Shown in pieces: positions 30,275-39,495 of a stretch of DNA of 54,786 nt. The DNA comes from a virus. The stretch is taken from positions 121,868 through 176,653 of the IMG/VR virus record IMGVR_UViG_3300028534_000013; one strand, 5' to 3'. A program made the position numbers and the translations under genes. The stretch's first letter is position 1. Each line of letters begins with the position of its first letter. The notes under the pieces were generated by a model. That model saw only the letters and a program-made list of their open reading frames with translations, ran no database searches and was not told the origin of the DNA.

Positions 30275-33061
30275 TTATCCTTTCACCTGATATATTACAA
30301 CATTGTTGCTTAACTTGACTTTGTTTGCGTCATATGTTTTTTTACTGTTTGTAGCGTACACGTTTTTAGCTGGATATAAAGAAACAAAATTGTTTACTTT
30401 CATATGTTTTTCAGGTTCATAATAATAATAATATGGAACCATCGACATTACACCCTCCATAATAGACTGTTTTCTTGCTGCACATTTATCTTCAATCATC
30501 CATCCCTGCAAAAGACTTACGTCGTCAGCTGCTTTTATTTTAGGAGTGGTGTTAATATGGTTCAACAAAACATCTATAATAAAAGGCAATAACATATTTT
30601 TAGAATCAGAAGGAATGCTGTTTTTAAATTCTGTCAACTTGTTTACAAATCCACTTAAACTTTTAACATCTGAAATATCAACCCTTCCGTCAAAAATTTT
30701 ATTATTTTCATCTGCCATTAGAATATTTTGTAACAAGTTTTTATTCTCCATATCTGTAACTTTATGGGACATATGAATAGGCGCTCTCGCTCCAATATCA
30801 GGAAGTGTAGCCACATAAGAAGGTAAACCTGTTTTAAAGTTGATATGTGAAAATCTACATACCTGCTCAACCGCCCACCATCTTAGCTCGTCAGTTAAAA
30901 ATATATCGCTGTTTGGATTGCATATATCAGAAATAGTATAGTTTGATATATACGATGAAGAAGAAGGAGAAAACCTTCCCACACTTGCCGTACGTGTATA
31001 TAGGCTAGGGAAAATAAAAGCTATATACGCAGTGCTTCTTTCACTGTTTGGGCTAATTAACGCAAACTCGTTACCCATATCTTCCCTTATGGCTTCTATA
31101 GTTTCACGCTCTTCTGTTTTCTGAAGAAGGTTAAGCATTGTGTATGCCTCAAATAGCGACATATACATATCCGATTTAGAAGCCATATGAATTGCATTTC
31201 TCACACTCTGAGCCGCCATATCATTAATTAAAGCGAAAGTATAGGCAAACGCTATTCTATTTAAAAGCCCTATAAGACCAAATGAAGCGCCTCCTCCCAT
31301 AAATGATAGAGCAAAAAATATAGGACCCTCTATTAGAGCTATCTGAGTTGTTAAATCACATGCGGCTGCTACTTGAAAATTCATAATAAATTCAAGGGTT
31401 TGATTTGACTGCACTATTCCGTAAGAATTTTCAGTCTCATACATTTTAGGGTATATTTTTGAAATATATTTAACATTATTCGAAACCTCAGTAAGACCTT
31501 TAACAATGTTTTTCTTGTACAGCCAAACATAATCATCCATATTTGTTTTAATCTTAAATGCGTTATTGCTGCCTTCGTGCATCATTGCATCAACATACAA
31601 AACCAGCGCATTGTCCGTTTTAACCAACACACTAGGTTTTATTTGTTCACTAACTACGTCTTTTGTTTTTTCATCATAATAATAATCAGTAACACTGTCG
31701 GTATCAATTCCCATATTAAACATTCCAAAATTATACAACGCAGAATCGTACAATATTCCATCTTTTGTTCTTGATAAGTAAGGATAAGAATCAATATCCA
31801 TAGCCACAAAAGAGGCTCCTTCATTAATAAGCAATCCTTGCATTGCAATTATATAATCTATATTTTTGTGTGTGAAATCTACTTTAGGTATATTTCTTAA
31901 AACACTGAATTCTTCTGAACAATATACAGCCTTCATAAACAATTTTTTATTTAAACTCTGTATTACTGTTTCGGACTTATCAAACATTGTGTACACAATA
32001 GGTCTGTCAAGTTTAGCTTTAAGAGTTTTAGTTAATTTTTGTCCGCTTTCTCCTGTAAATGAAAGTTTAAGTGTTGCTCCTTTGATTACAGTCAAAATGT
32101 TGTATTCATTAAAGGAGGTGGCGCTTTCGTTTATCTTCACAACCACATGCAAATATAGAGGTTCCCCTTTCCCTTTCCAATCAACATAATAGCCGTCATT
32201 TTTTTTCTCAAGATTAGGTATATCATATCCTGAAACATTGCACGTAGCACTGGGCTGCTCAATTATTGCTCTGGATATTCCGTTACAAGTTAAAACAGAA
32301 TTATTTACCTCAATTATTGCCGATGTTTTACAGGCTTCTATTATTTTCTCCTTCTCAACACCGTTAGCGTCTCCATCTATTGGCTCCAAGTATTTATTAA
32401 CAGCTTCTATTGATAATTCATCTATTGTAAAAATACCTTTATCATCAAGATTATCTATTCTAACAAACAAACTAAAATAACCTTCCTTTGCTTGAGCGCT
32501 AATATCAAAAGTGAGACTTATATCAGCAGCCTGTTTTATTGGAACACTTATTTTTCCGTCTTCCGGTGGAGTAGCTGGTTTAGGTTCAGGTTTTTTCTCT
32601 TTTGTACAATCAGTTTCTTCAGGAGGTCTGTCTTTATATTTTTCAGAACACGGCGAATTAGTTGTATGTGTGTCATCATCATCTATCACAGGTTTTGAAT
32701 CATCATTGGAACTACCTGATGAACTTCCAGATGAGCTACCTGATGAACTTCCAGATGAGCTACCTGATGAACTTCCAGATGAGCTTCCGGACCCGTGTAC
32801 ATACTTTTTTAAAGCTTCCCTTATAAGTCTGTCAATTTCATCAAGATGCCCTTCTTTTTTTAACTGCTCATACTTTTCAGGCGGCATTAGTTTTTTTAAT
32901 GGCAGTTTTGCGTTTAAATTAATTCTTCTTACATCATATGCGTCATGCATACATTTTAAATCAATCTCTACCCCGTATTTACCTATTTTAACAACAACAC
33001 AAGGAACTAAGTCAAAATGAGGTCCTGACGGTTTTATTTTAGGATTTAATGAATCAAACAT
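30275..33061 (-). CDS. Large protein with a (GSSS)n linker and an internal Gly-rich hydrophobic segment (928 aa)
   Basis: GSGSSS repeat, Pro/Cys hinge, hydrophobic IFFALSFMGGGASFGLIGLL..IAFAYTFALI. Confidence 0.8.
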   Translation of the reverse strand: MFDSLNPKIKPSGPHFDLVPCVVVKIGKYGVEIDLKCMHDAYDVRRINLNAKLPLKKLMPPEKYEQLKKEGHLDEIDRLIREALKKYVHGSGSSSGSSSGSSSGSSSGSSSGSSSGSSNDDSKPVIDDDDTHTTNSPCSEKYKDRPPEETDCTKEKKPEPKPATPPEDGKISVPIKQAADISLTFDISAQAKEGYFSLFVRIDNLDDKGIFTIDELSIEAVNKYLEPIDGDANGVEKEKIIEACKTSAIIEVNNSVLTCNGISRAIIEQPSATCNVSGYDIPNLEKKNDGYYVDWKGKGEPLYLHVVVKINESATSFNEYNILTVIKGATLKLSFTGESGQKLTKTLKAKLDRPIVYTMFDKSETVIQSLNKKLFMKAVYCSEEFSVLRNIPKVDFTHKNIDYIIAMQGLLINEGASFVAMDIDSYPYLSRTKDGILYDSALYNFGMFNMGIDTDSVTDYYYDEKTKDVVSEQIKPSVLVKTDNALVLYVDAMMHEGSNNAFKIKTNMDDYVWLYKKNIVKGLTEVSNNVKYISKIYPKMYETENSYGIVQSNQTLEFIMNFQVAAACDLTTQIALIEGPIFFALSFMGGGASFGLIGLLNRIAFAYTFALINDMAAQSVRNAIHMASKSDMYMSLFEAYTMLNLLQKTEERETIEAIREDMGNEFALISPNSERSTAYIAFIFPSLYTRTASVGRFSPSSSSYISNYTISDICNPNSDIFLTDELRWWAVEQVCRFSHINFKTGLPSYVATLPDIGARAPIHMSHKVTDMENKNLLQNILMADENNKIFDGRVDISDVKSLSGFVNKLTEFKNSIPSDSKNMLLPFIIDVLLNHINTTPKIKAADDVSLLQGWMIEDKCAARKQSIMEGVMSMVPYYYYYEPEKHMKVNNFVSLYPAKNVYATNSKKTYDANKVKLSNNVVIYQVKG
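32708..32794 (-). repeat. Coding tandem repeat (GSSS)x6 with a 12/24-bp unit
   Basis: gatgaacttccagatgagctacct repeated. Confidence 0.95.
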
Positions 33062-33072
33062 ATTTTATTCCT

Positions 33073-34194
33073 TTATTTAAAAATATCCGGCAATGAATGT
33101 TTTTTATATTCCTCGTTCAGTCCTGAACATAAATCATAAGCTTTTTCGTAGATTGTTTTTTTCAATTCATCCAGCATTAAGTTTTCATCTTTTCTATAGG
33201 TTGTAAAAAATTTATATTGAACATATCCTCTGGTTTCATCAGGAGTATAATCAAGATTTGAATCACAGGGAATATCTCCGGGCAAATCTATAATAAGCCA
33301 ATTTTTATCATATACCGTAGTATACCAAAACGATTTATATCCTTGTTTACAGTGTTGAACGGCACTCAAATAAGGCTCATTGCTTACAATAGGATAAAAA
33401 TCTTTATCTCCATTGTTGTTTTTTATGTGTATTTGACTTACATCCATAGCATAATTTGCAGCATCAGCGGATACACTTATTAAAAACACGCTATTTTGCT
33501 GTTCAGTTCTGTCAAAAGCCGTATACATTGGCTTTGCCTCTGAAGTAAACATATTGAATTTTTCCACAAATTCATTTGACTCTGGAGTTAGCACAAACGT
33601 ATATTTTAAAAAATCATTAGTCATCTCAGTGGTGACAAGTTCTTGCCTAGGTAAATAAAACAGCGGTTTGTCAGCTCTATATGCACCAAGATAAGGAACC
33701 AGTTTAAAAGTGTTATCAGTAATTGTGATACTTATTCTTTGTTCAAACAATAATACGTCAATGTAATCACATGTAATTTCTACAGGATAATTTAACCCCA
33801 TATATTCTTTATCTATTTTTAATTGCACTTCAAATTCGGCAATATGGTCTTTGATTTCCACGTAATCCAAATAGTTTGAATTGTTAATTACCGAATAAGA
33901 TAATTTAATATCGTCCAATGGGTCAGAATCAACGTTGTATTTAATTTTATCAACATACAATACGCCGCTTTTTATTTCTGGAAAAAACATTTTTACTTTA
34001 TGAGTAAACGGAATTTGCCATCTTTTTTTGATTTCATCTATAATAAAATTATAATAAAGCGCCTCAGTTCCGTAATATGCTCCGATATATCTTAAACCGT
34101 AATACGGATGAAACATTTTAGCGTGAGGAATGAAAGAAAAAAAGCCGTGTTTATTAACCATAAACGACTTGTATTCATATCTAAACTGTCTCAT
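33073..34194 (-). CDS. Hypothetical protein (373 aa)
   Basis: Long ORF; GAGG RBS within the upstream gene end. Confidence 0.85.
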   Translation of the reverse strand: MRQFRYEYKSFMVNKHGFFSFIPHAKMFHPYYGLRYIGAYYGTEALYYNFIIDEIKKRWQIPFTHKVKMFFPEIKSGVLYVDKIKYNVDSDPLDDIKLSYSVINNSNYLDYVEIKDHIAEFEVQLKIDKEYMGLNYPVEITCDYIDVLLFEQRISITITDNTFKLVPYLGAYRADKPLFYLPRQELVTTEMTNDFLKYTFVLTPESNEFVEKFNMFTSEAKPMYTAFDRTEQQNSVFLISVSADAANYAMDVSQIHIKNNNGDKDFYPIVSNEPYLSAVQHCKQGYKSFWYTTVYDKNWLIIDLPGDIPCDSNLDYTPDETRGYVQYKFFTTYRKDENLMLDELKKTIYEKAYDLCSGLNEEYKKHSLPDIFK

Positions 34195-34195
34195 A

Positions 34196-35173
34196 TTACA
34201 CCTCTATTGCGTCTATTTCACTCTTAAGCGCATCCATATTGTTTTTTATTGACTCCATCTGAGTATTGTACCCGGCTAAGGATAAATTGTAAGCTTTTAC
34301 TTCATTTACAAACATCAAACTGTCATTAACCCACGACATTACATCTTTTGTGTAACCGTCTATTTTAGCCGCCAAATTATCAGCTGCATTAGAAAGCTCT
34401 GCAAAAGTTCCACCCATAAAACCTACAATAGATTCTATAGTTTTTTGTAGCGCATCATCTCTGTCAACAATATATTGTATTTTTCTTTGAAGCTCATCAA
34501 ACACCGATATAAAATCTCTTGCGGTAATATAAATTTTATTGAACTCTTCTGCAAAAAACGCATAATTTTCTATTTGTTTTTCAACTTCAACAATAAGATT
34601 GTTAACATAATCAATCTGTTGGTCCTGTGTAGTGTTTGTGTCTTTCATTTGTTGAAGGAGTAAATCCTGCTCATCAAGTTTTGAGATAATTTCTTGAATT
34701 TTGTCTTTTTGAGCAAGTATCTGCTGTGACAAATCCTTAGCAAACGCTATCTGAGAATTAAGTTCATTTATCTTATCATCGAATTTCAAATTACTTATAT
34801 ACGTAATCAAATCCCTGAAAGACTTATAAGAAGAAGATTTAAAAAGTTTCACATCAGCGATGTTTAAGGCTAATTTAGTAGCATCATCACTGTATAAAGA
34901 CATAATTTTGTTAGCTTCAGTATTAGCTATACTAAGTGGAACGTTTACAGCTTCCTGAACATCTTTTATTTTTTCATTCAACTCGTCTATCGTGTTAAGC
35001 ATAGACGTTACCGTATCTGTATCCATTAACGATTTAACTATAGAAAATTTTTCAATAAAATCTTTAATAGATAGAGCGTCTACACTTGTTTCACCTCTAT
35101 TGCTTATCATGTCAATCAAAGCGTCTATTTTACCCTGTAATGCAAGCAGTTGCTCCTGTGTAACGTATGACAT
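34196..35173 (-). CDS. Long coiled-coil protein, first gene of the large operon (325 aa)
   Basis: Heptad-like all-helical sequence; AAGGA RBS. Confidence 0.8.
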   Translation of the reverse strand: MSYVTQEQLLALQGKIDALIDMISNRGETSVDALSIKDFIEKFSIVKSLMDTDTVTSMLNTIDELNEKIKDVQEAVNVPLSIANTEANKIMSLYSDDATKLALNIADVKLFKSSSYKSFRDLITYISNLKFDDKINELNSQIAFAKDLSQQILAQKDKIQEIISKLDEQDLLLQQMKDTNTTQDQQIDYVNNLIVEVEKQIENYAFFAEEFNKIYITARDFISVFDELQRKIQYIVDRDDALQKTIESIVGFMGGTFAELSNAADNLAAKIDGYTKDVMSWVNDSLMFVNEVKAYNLSLAGYNTQMESIKNNMDALKSEIDAIEV

Positions 35174-35199
35174 ACTTTATCCTTATGGCTTTTTTGATA

Positions 35200-35228
35200 A
35201 TTATAACATAAAAGAAATTTGTTGGCTA
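35200..35228 (-). promoter_or_regulatory. Extended -10 promoter TGTTATAAT heading the roughly 30-kb operon
   Basis: TGn-TATAAT in the only sizeable intergenic gap; weak -35. Confidence 0.55.
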
Positions 35229-35969
35229 TTATAATTCGAAAGAGGACTTAAAGTTGAACCTTTTCTTAACGTAATCCCATATGCCTGATTGCATTCCCGC
35301 TTCATCAAAATTTAAAAATATTTTACCTTCTGCTTCTTTTTCGTTAAAAGGAGTAGAATCATATCTTGCCACCTTGTATTGTTTTATAGGTTTAGCAACC
35401 GTATGAGCTCTTATGTAATTGTAATAATAGCTTTCAAAACTCACAAAACTATCATTAAATAAGTCAAATTCGTTAATAACCTTTTTAACTATCTCAGATT
35501 TTAAAAATCTTGGTGCATGAGTAGTATAGTTATATGTTGGGTATCCTTTTTTAAGCATTATATGATACATTTTCTTTAACATTTGCTGAAAGTGCCTATT
35601 ACCCCACTTTTTTGTTTTAGACAGGTCTTCAAGATAGTAAATTTCTTCAAAATCACTATATTCAAAATCTGTCAATAAATAAAAATCGTCCATAAATAAG
35701 ACAAATTCATCAAAAATGTTTGCAGCAATATCTCTGGCATGCAAAATATTTCTTTCTTTTTCGTCACATTGGCCGTAATATATATATCTTACTTTTGAAG
35801 CGTTAAGCCATTTAGGTTTATAACCTATTAAAGTAACGTCATATTTACATTTGACATGTTTTTCTATGGAACGTAGAGAGTACTTAAATTCTTCACAATC
35901 ACCAACTGATGATTTTTTAAGAGGGTAAACAATGTGGAGAACTTTGTCTCCACTGTTATTATTCGTCAC
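35229..35969 (-). CDS. Stealth-family-like sugar-1-phosphate transferase (about 246 aa; GTG start)
   Basis: HIVYP (CR1-like), EEFKYSLRSIEKH..PKWLN and EFVLFMDDFYL (CR2-like), THAP (CR3-like), FLNFD (CR4-like); GGAG RBS before GTG at 35969. Confidence 0.7.
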   Translation of the reverse strand: MTNNNSGDKVLHIVYPLKKSSVGDCEEFKYSLRSIEKHVKCKYDVTLIGYKPKWLNASKVRYIYYGQCDEKERNILHARDIAANIFDEFVLFMDDFYLLTDFEYSDFEEIYYLEDLSKTKKWGNRHFQQMLKKMYHIMLKKGYPTYNYTTHAPRFLKSEIVKKVINEFDLFNDSFVSFESYYYNYIRAHTVAKPIKQYKVARYDSTPFNEKEAEGKIFLNFDEAGMQSGIWDYVKKRFNFKSSFEL

Positions 35970-37389
35970 CTTCAGTTTCTCCGCTTGAACTACCAGTTGA
36001 ACTTCCGTCACTTGAACCGCTTGAACTACCAGTCGAACTTCCGTCACTTGAACCAGTTGAGCTGCCAGTTGAACTTCCGTCACTTGAACCGCTTCCTGAG
36101 CCGCTATCTACTGGAGCAGGTGCAGTATAACCTGATACAATTGTTACTTTAGCAGTAACAGCTAAATGCATATTTAATCCATGAGGAACCGTTACTTCAA
36201 CTTGATACTCAACCTCAGAAGAATCATTAACAAATGATGTTAGAGCTATATCTATTCCATTTGTACTGTCAGCAGATTCAACCACGTTAGCAGTTCCTGC
36301 AACAATTTCAGTATTTGTTCCGTCAAGTTTTACAGTAAACGTTTTAACAGCTGTATAAGGCGCTCCGTTAGGGCCGTCAATACCTACTACTTTAACTTCA
36401 ACAAGATTGTATGTGCCGCTACTAATCCAAGGCAGTTTAGCCGTAAATTTCATATCTGCTTCAGAACTTGTTGCATCTACGTTGCCTGAACCTATAATAC
36501 CCTCAACCATACCTGAAATTTGATTAAATACTGCTACTACATCTGTAATTTTAGCTGGGATTAAAGCTGAATTACTGTTTACTACCATAGAGTTTTTTAC
36601 AATTTGGCGTTTTTCTATATTTGCTCCGGTAGCGATATATAAACTATTATCAACGATAGATTCTTTAGAGTTCTCATCGTAAGTAACCGGTTGCTGATTA
36701 AACACCATAACACCATTTAGCCCTATTTCTCCGCTTGAAATACCTTGGTTATCATTTGTAACATACGCTAAATATCCAATGTTATATTCATCACACACCC
36801 CAGCAATACCTTTTGCGGTATATGTATTCCCTGCTTCGCCTGTTATTGTTTCAATATTATATGCCATAACCCCTGATGAGTTGATGTTGAAACGTCTATT
36901 CCATTCCGGGCTTTGGTAGCTGCACATAAAAGCGCCCTTACGATAATCCATTCCGAACATATTTATATCTGAAATAGGCGCACCTTCTGAAGGCGGAAGC
37001 TCTCCTTCTCCTTCTTCATAATGTATTACACTATCAGGACCTTCGTCGCTGTCTGATGCAGGAGCGGTTCCTGATAAATAAGCCGCAACATCAGAAGCTT
37101 TAACATCTACAGGCATTAAAGGAAAAGTAATAACCCCTCCATTTTCTAATGGGCTTCCAGATGATATTTCAAATTTTGATATACCGCCGCTTGACTCAGA
37201 TAAAGCTCCCATTAGGTAATCTACCATAAACCCTAAATACATGTTGTTTGCATCAAACTCATTTGCGCTTAAAGGTCTTTTTAACTGCCCTCTTGTTATT
37301 ATAGATTTTTCACGTGTTTCTATCTCAACAATATCTTCGGGCATAAAACCGTTTGTTTTTTCACTAGTAAGTGGAACTGTCGCCGCCAT
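35959..37389 (-). CDS. Fibre-like virion protein with a C-terminal (GSSx)9 tail (476 aa)
   Basis: N-terminal ITRGQLKRPLSANEFDAN resembles the TR..K..PL...E.D.N fibre-attachment motif; beta-rich body. Confidence 0.6.
   Translation of the reverse strand: MAATVPLTSEKTNGFMPEDIVEIETREKSIITRGQLKRPLSANEFDANNMYLGFMVDYLMGALSESSGGISKFEISSGSPLENGGVITFPLMPVDVKASDVAAYLSGTAPASDSDEGPDSVIHYEEGEGELPPSEGAPISDINMFGMDYRKGAFMCSYQSPEWNRRFNINSSGVMAYNIETITGEAGNTYTAKGIAGVCDEYNIGYLAYVTNDNQGISSGEIGLNGVMVFNQQPVTYDENSKESIVDNSLYIATGANIEKRQIVKNSMVVNSNSALIPAKITDVVAVFNQISGMVEGIIGSGNVDATSSEADMKFTAKLPWISSGTYNLVEVKVVGIDGPNGAPYTAVKTFTVKLDGTNTEIVAGTANVVESADSTNGIDIALTSFVNDSSEVEYQVEVTVPHGLNMHLAVTAKVTIVSGYTAPAPVDSGSGSGSSDGSSTGSSTGSSDGSSTGSSSGSSDGSSTGSSSGETEGDE
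35980..36105 (-). repeat. Coding tandem repeat GSS[D/T/S] x9
   Basis: GSGSGSSDGSSTGSSTGSSDGSSTGSSSGSSDGSSTGSSSG. Confidence 0.95.
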
Positions 37390-37416
37390 AGTATCTCCTT
37401 CATATAGTTTTTGATA

Positions 37417-37445
37417 ATTGTATCATTTATTGTTTCTTTTGTAAA
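37417..37445 (-). promoter_or_regulatory. sigma70-type promoter TTTACA-17-TACAAT with TG extension
   Basis: Upstream of the fibre and Stealth genes, just after a terminator. Confidence 0.65.
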
Positions 37446-37451
37446 ATAAGC

Positions 37452-37490
37452 AAAAAAAAATAAAAAAGAAAATCAGGACTGGCTGTCCTG
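37452..37490 (-). terminator. Intrinsic terminator
   Basis: CAGGAC-AGCCA-GTCCTG stem followed by a long T tract. Confidence 0.75.
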
Positions 37491-37727
37491 TTTATAAGGG
37501 TTTTGCCCGTGCTTTGTGACTTTGTAACAATAATCCCAATGGGATTTGTCGCTTTCATCATAATATACACGGCTTCCCTGGAAATCCCAACCGTAATCGT
37601 ATTTTAAAACATATATAATAGCAGACAGTCTGCTTATATAATTTTTGAGACACCAGTTTCTGCAAACTTTACCGTTTTTAATTAACTCTTCTACAACCAT
37701 TTTCATTTGTGAATTATTTACAGCCAT
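37473..37727 (-). CDS. Winged helix-turn-helix protein (84 aa)
   Basis: ISRLSAIIYVLK..YG motif of small phage HTH proteins. Confidence 0.65.
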   Translation of the reverse strand: MAVNNSQMKMVVEELIKNGKVCRNWCLKNYISRLSAIIYVLKYDYGWDFQGSRVYYDESDKSHWDYCYKVTKHGQNPYKQDSQS

Positions 37728-37737
37728 TTTTAATCCT

Positions 37738-37980
37738 TTAAAATTCTTTTATTAAAGCAACTATCACAAAAACAATACCGGCCAACACGGGAAACGACAA
37801 GTTTCCTAAACTGTCTATATGGTGCCCTGTGAATAAATAGGTTAAGAAATCTATTCCAAGCCCCGCAACATATCCGAACATAAACATTCCGGCCAGCACT
37901 ATCACAACCAAAAACACCATTCCTATTATAAGCCACATAAAAAAGAACAGTGTTTCAAGTAATCTGAAAAACGTTTCCAT
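37738..37980 (-). CDS. Small membrane protein with 2 TM segments (80 aa)
   Basis: AAGGA RBS; two hydrophobic stretches. Confidence 0.75.
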   Translation of the reverse strand: METFFRLLETLFFFMWLIIGMVFLVVIVLAGMFMFGYVAGLGIDFLTYLFTGHHIDSLGNLSFPVLAGIVFVIVALIKEF

Positions 37981-37994
37981 TTTCGTCCTTTTAA

Positions 37995-38204
37995 CTATAA
38001 TATAATCCCTTCATCCGGCTCATTGGTAGCACTTATGTCTGTTTTGCATTTAGTGTACTCGTATTTACACACTTGAACATATAACAGTCCAAGCATCAAA
38101 GACAATATACAAAACGGTTTTACAAACTCAAACAACACTCCGTCAGAAAAAGTGATAATAATAATACATACTGACAGAATGACGTCTATTGTGTTGTATT
38201 TCAT
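37995..38204 (-). CDS. Small membrane protein with 2 TM segments (69 aa)
   Basis: Hydrophobic; ATGA coupling. Confidence 0.7.
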   Translation of the reverse strand: MKYNTIDVILSVCIIIITFSDGVLFEFVKPFCILSLMLGLLYVQVCKYEYTKCKTDISATNEPDEGIIL

Positions 38205-38371
38205 ATGTCTTCCATCAGCACTTTAGGAAGTCTTAAGGCCAGATAAGGGATGCATCCGAATAAAAACCAAATATCTACACCGGCAATCATGTCACGTGGA
38301 AACCATCCCCCTACCATTCCGAATAGAGTCAGAATTGTAGCGGGCGCCATAACCAAATCAAACTTACTCAC
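38201..38371 (-). CDS. Small membrane protein missed by the track (56 aa, MSKFDLVMAP...MEDI)
   Basis: AAGGA RBS, GTG start, fills the gap; translated by hand. Confidence 0.65.
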   Translation of the reverse strand: MSKFDLVMAPATILTLFGMVGGWFPRDMIAGVDIWFLFGCIPYLALRLPKVLMEDI

Positions 38372-38374
38372 TTT

Positions 38375-38611
38375 CTATTCCTTTCTGAAGAAATCTCCTT
38401 CTTCAATATATTTATCATATCCACTCTTCACATATATATAATGAAAAGCGGATGTTAAATCCATGGCGGTAAACGCCAGTTTTCCTTTTATATATACCCT
38501 GAAAGTTGATACTTTTGACGGTTTTCTGTTTGCAGGCTTTTGGACTCCGAGCTCCATTTCGCTTACAATTTCTTTTATAGCAAAATCTTTATTATGCTTA
38601 AACACCAACAT
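38375..38611 (-). CDS. Hypothetical protein (78 aa)
   Basis: TAATG coupling. Confidence 0.7.
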   Translation of the reverse strand: MLVFKHNKDFAIKEIVSEMELGVQKPANRKPSKVSTFRVYIKGKLAFTAMDLTSAFHYIYVKSGYDKYIEEGDFFRKE

Positions 38612-38877
38612 TACTTACCTTTCGCTTCTCTTATTAATTCTTTATTGAAAATAATTGCTTTCTCTATATCTGAAATTCTTTGTGTAATTTTTACATACTT
38701 ATCCGAAGTTCTGTCTTCCTCGAATATTTTGGCCTGCTTTTCAGCAAGCTCTCTTTTTAGCTCTTCTGCTTTTTTAAGTTTATAATGCAACGCATCCAAA
38801 TAATTCATATCCCTGAACTCTACAGCCGAACATCCGTAATAATAAAATGAATCTTTAATTGTTTTATTTACTTCCAT
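38611..38877 (-). CDS. Hypothetical coiled-coil protein (88 aa; start MEVNK)
   Basis: AGGAG RBS before ATG at 38877. Confidence 0.7.
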   Translation of the reverse strand: MEVNKTIKDSFYYYGCSAVEFRDMNYLDALHYKLKKAEELKRELAEKQAKIFEEDRTSDKYVKITQRISDIEKAIIFNKELIREAKGK

Positions 38878-39031
38878 TAGTTTCTCCTGTCCACCATTTT
38901 GCATATTTTTTAGCTTCTTTGCCTCTGATATTTAATTCATCTATCAACATCATTTTTACCTTTGCCACATCTTTAACATCGGAAGCTTTTTCTCTTAAAA
39001 AGAGAGTCACTTCCATGGGAATATCATTCAC
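38864..39031 (-). CDS. Small hypothetical protein missed by the track (55 aa, MNDIPMEV...NGSK)
   Basis: GTG start after AGGGA; fills the gap; translated by hand. Confidence 0.6.
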   Translation of the reverse strand: MNDIPMEVTLFLREKASDVKDVAKVKMMLIDELNIRGKEAKKYAKWWTGETNGSK

Positions 39032-39033
39032 TC

Positions 39034-39495
39034 TTATTCCCTGTCTTCACAAGAATCGCATTCAAGCACACATCTTCCGTATACCGGTTCGTATGTTTCA
39101 GCGTTCGGGTCTTTTTGGAATTTTCCGTCAACTATTTTACCGGTTCTGCTGTTTATATGTTTGCCCATTTCAAGCAGCACGCATTTTGGGCAAAATCCCA
39201 TTTTAAGCATTCCCCCCACACTAAACTCGCACATATCAGCGAAAGCATCAAGAGCCATTTCATGAGTCACCGTTTCTTTTTTGAGCTCATGTTTTTCGGA
39301 GAAAGTTTCCATGAATTCGATAAATTCTTTTTTTAAGTCGTATCTTTTCTCTTTTGGAACGCTGTAACCGTTTAATTCAAACACTTCTTCAACAATATTA
39401 ACTGTTTCATTATGTAAATCAAATTTTTGCTTGTCCAGCAATCTGTCTTTCTGGAATTTAATCATTAATTTTAGAGGGCTGTTTTCACAACTCAT
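39034..39495 (-). CDS. MazG-like / PRA-PH-like nucleotide pyrophosphohydrolase (153 aa)
   Basis: EExxE (VEEVFEL), DxxxD (LDAFAD), NSR..DGKFQKD. Confidence 0.7.
   Translation of the reverse strand: MSCENSPLKLMIKFQKDRLLDKQKFDLHNETVNIVEEVFELNGYSVPKEKRYDLKKEFIEFMETFSEKHELKKETVTHEMALDAFADMCEFSVGGMLKMGFCPKCVLLEMGKHINSRTGKIVDGKFQKDPNAETYEPVYGRCVLECDSCEDRE

Noticed and set aside
35970-36083. N-terminal VTEVQLVVQA repeat extension of the Stealth-like ORF
   Set aside because: Alternate-frame reading of the upstream GSSx repeat; a GGAG-led GTG at 35969 is the better start
32708-36105. Tandem repeats as a CRISPR array or DGR repeats
   Set aside because: In-frame 12-bp coding units without spacers; no cas or reverse transcriptase gene in the window
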